Assembly: GCA_964644505.1 (NCBI GenBank)
Contig: CAZXXZ010000009.1
Location: forward strand, 4,366 to 68,365
Reading direction: 5' to 3'
Origin: an uncultured Treponemataceae bacterium
Lineage (GTDB): Bacteria; Spirochaetota; Spirochaetia; Treponematales; Rectinemataceae
Length of the DNA stretch: 64,000 nt
The notes under the pieces are model-generated. The model was not told where the DNA came from. It ran no database searches and saw nothing but the letters and a program-made list of their open reading frames with translations. The first letter of the stretch is position 1. The number at the start of each line of letters is the position of its first letter. A program made the translations under genes and the position numbers. Below, in pieces: positions 63,247 to 64,000 of the stretch.

Positions 63247-64000
63247 ATGCCGCGATTCCGGTACTATACGAATCTCGCCCATCCCGAAATAGCTCGTGCA
63301 CCCTCAGGAGAAAAGCCTTTTTTCTCAAGGGTCCCGCACATCGGTTCGGATCCGCCGGGCCTCGGGCGCGTCGACGCCGCCGAGAGCGCGTTGCACTATG
63401 TCGGCCGTATCACGCCGGACGGCGCAGGCCGTCCCGTCTTCGTATGGCAGGGCAGCGAACTTCTCGCCCGTTTCTTCGGCCGGCGCATCGGATTCAGATT
63501 CGGCAGGACACTGGGGAAAAATTATTATAACGTCATCATCGACGGCGAGAATCGGCTTCTCGCTCTCGAAGAAGGGCCCGGAGCTGACTACATCGCGAAC
63601 TTCGAACTCGAGGCCGGAGAGCACGAACTCGTCCTGTACAAGCGGAGCGAGGCCTATTTCGGCTCCGCCGTCTTCCAGGGTCTTCTTCTCGAAGAGGGCG
63701 CGCGCCTTGGACGGCGGCCCGAGGACCTCCCCCTCAGGATCGAGTTCTACGGCGACTCGATCACCGCGGGCGCCTGCAACGAAGACCCCGGAGATGATCA
63801 GTACGACGACCTCTCGACCCACGACAACTACCTCTCGTACGGCTCGATCGCCTGCCGAGAACTCGGAGCAGAATATGTCTCGATCGCGGTCAGCGGAACC
63901 GGCCTGACCTGCAGCTGGAACCCCGTTCTCATGCCGGAGGTGTGGGATCGGACCGCGGCCGATCCCCTTTCGCCGAAGTACGATTTTTCGGGGCCGCATC
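63247..64000 (+). CDS. SGNH hydrolase with an N-terminal beta-sandwich (carbohydrate esterase family 2-like acetylesterase). The C-terminus runs off the right window edge.
   Basis: Not in the ORF track. The frame from ATG 63247 is open to the window end: MPRFRYYTNLAHPEIARAPSGEKPFF...VFVWQGSELLARFFG...LRIEFYGDSITAGACNE (GDSL block I)...AVSGTGL. The two listed ORFs in this region (63296-63907 plus strand, 63325-63999 minus strand) are shadow frames. Confidence 0.7.
   Translation, partial: MPRFRYYTNLAHPEIARAPSGEKPFFSRVPHIGSDPPGLGRVDAAESALHYVGRITPDGAGRPVFVWQGSELLARFFGRRIGFRFGRTLGKNYYNVIIDGENRLLALEEGPGADYIANFELEAGEHELVLYKRSEAYFGSAVFQGLLLEEGARLGRRPEDLPLRIEFYGDSITAGACNEDPGDDQYDDLSTHDNYLSYGSIACRELGAEYVSIAVSGTGLTCSWNPVLMPEVWDRTAADPLSPKYDFSGPH

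Noticed and set aside
63296-63999. Track ORFs 63296-63907 (plus strand) and 63325-63999 (minus strand)
   Set aside because: Both have Ser/Pro/Arg- or Val/Glu/Arg-rich shadow composition. The third plus-strand frame gives a clean SGNH esterase sequence.
1-64000. rRNA, tRNA, tmRNA or known riboswitches
   Set aside because: The intergenic regions (1887-2132, 14821-15089, 25237-25431, 27259-27419, 40889-41186, 47563-47926, 56887-57194, 63113-63246) showed no tRNA-like T-arm (GGTTCGAATCC-type), no rRNA-like sequence and no riboswitch core that I recognise. This is a by-eye check only and should be confirmed with tRNAscan-SE and Infernal.

Overview
High-GC bacterial chromosomal segment, densely coded. 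Long antisense shadow ORFs are common and were rejected. I saw no rRNA, tRNA, CRISPR array, transposase or integrase. The lipoprotein-rich, saccharolytic, chemotactic gene content could fit a spirochaete-like organism, but that is only a guess.

Content from left to right:
- A GH26/LacI/GH5 glycan module.
- glmS and a GH18-like lipoprotein.
- A tightly coupled operon: FGE-domain lipoprotein, coiled-coil lipoprotein and an Opp/Dpp-type ABC importer.
- asnA.
- A sugar-acid island: MCP with a PBP-type sensor, LacI, LarA homologue, gnd, a PfkB kinase and a mannitol-dehydrogenase-family reductase.
- pckG.
- A two-gene cassette that looks lower in GC: an unknown 151-aa protein plus a standalone ComEC-type metallo-beta-lactamase-fold protein.
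- A UxaE-like gene.
- A Tat-DUF362 / polyferredoxin / Gfo-Idh-MocA trio.
- An aminotransferase.
- An STK / FHA / vWA-FHA membrane signalling operon, flanked by a divergent paralogue pair of an unknown domain, one copy fused to HU.
- Two sensor kinases, one lacking the phospho-acceptor His.
- gdhA, a PEP-binding-domain protein, an SGNH hydrolase, a methyltransferase, an AEC transporter, an XRE-cupin regulator, LeuCD-like genes and Lrp.
- A Tyr/Ser pseudo-caspase membrane protein.
- A roughly 1075-codon Ig-repeat lipoprotein gene interrupted by a G8 homopolymer frameshift.
- An SGNH (CE2-like) esterase truncated by the window edge.

Two real genes at the window edges (1-818 on the minus strand, 63247-64000 on the plus strand) are absent from the ORF track.

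The most unusual loci are the MBL cassette, the kinase/FHA/vWA operon with its paralogue pair, the pseudo-caspase plus phase-variable surface protein locus, and a family of CCTC...GAGG(T)CCCC palindromic intergenic repeats. All functional calls rest on motif recognition by eye; no searches were run.
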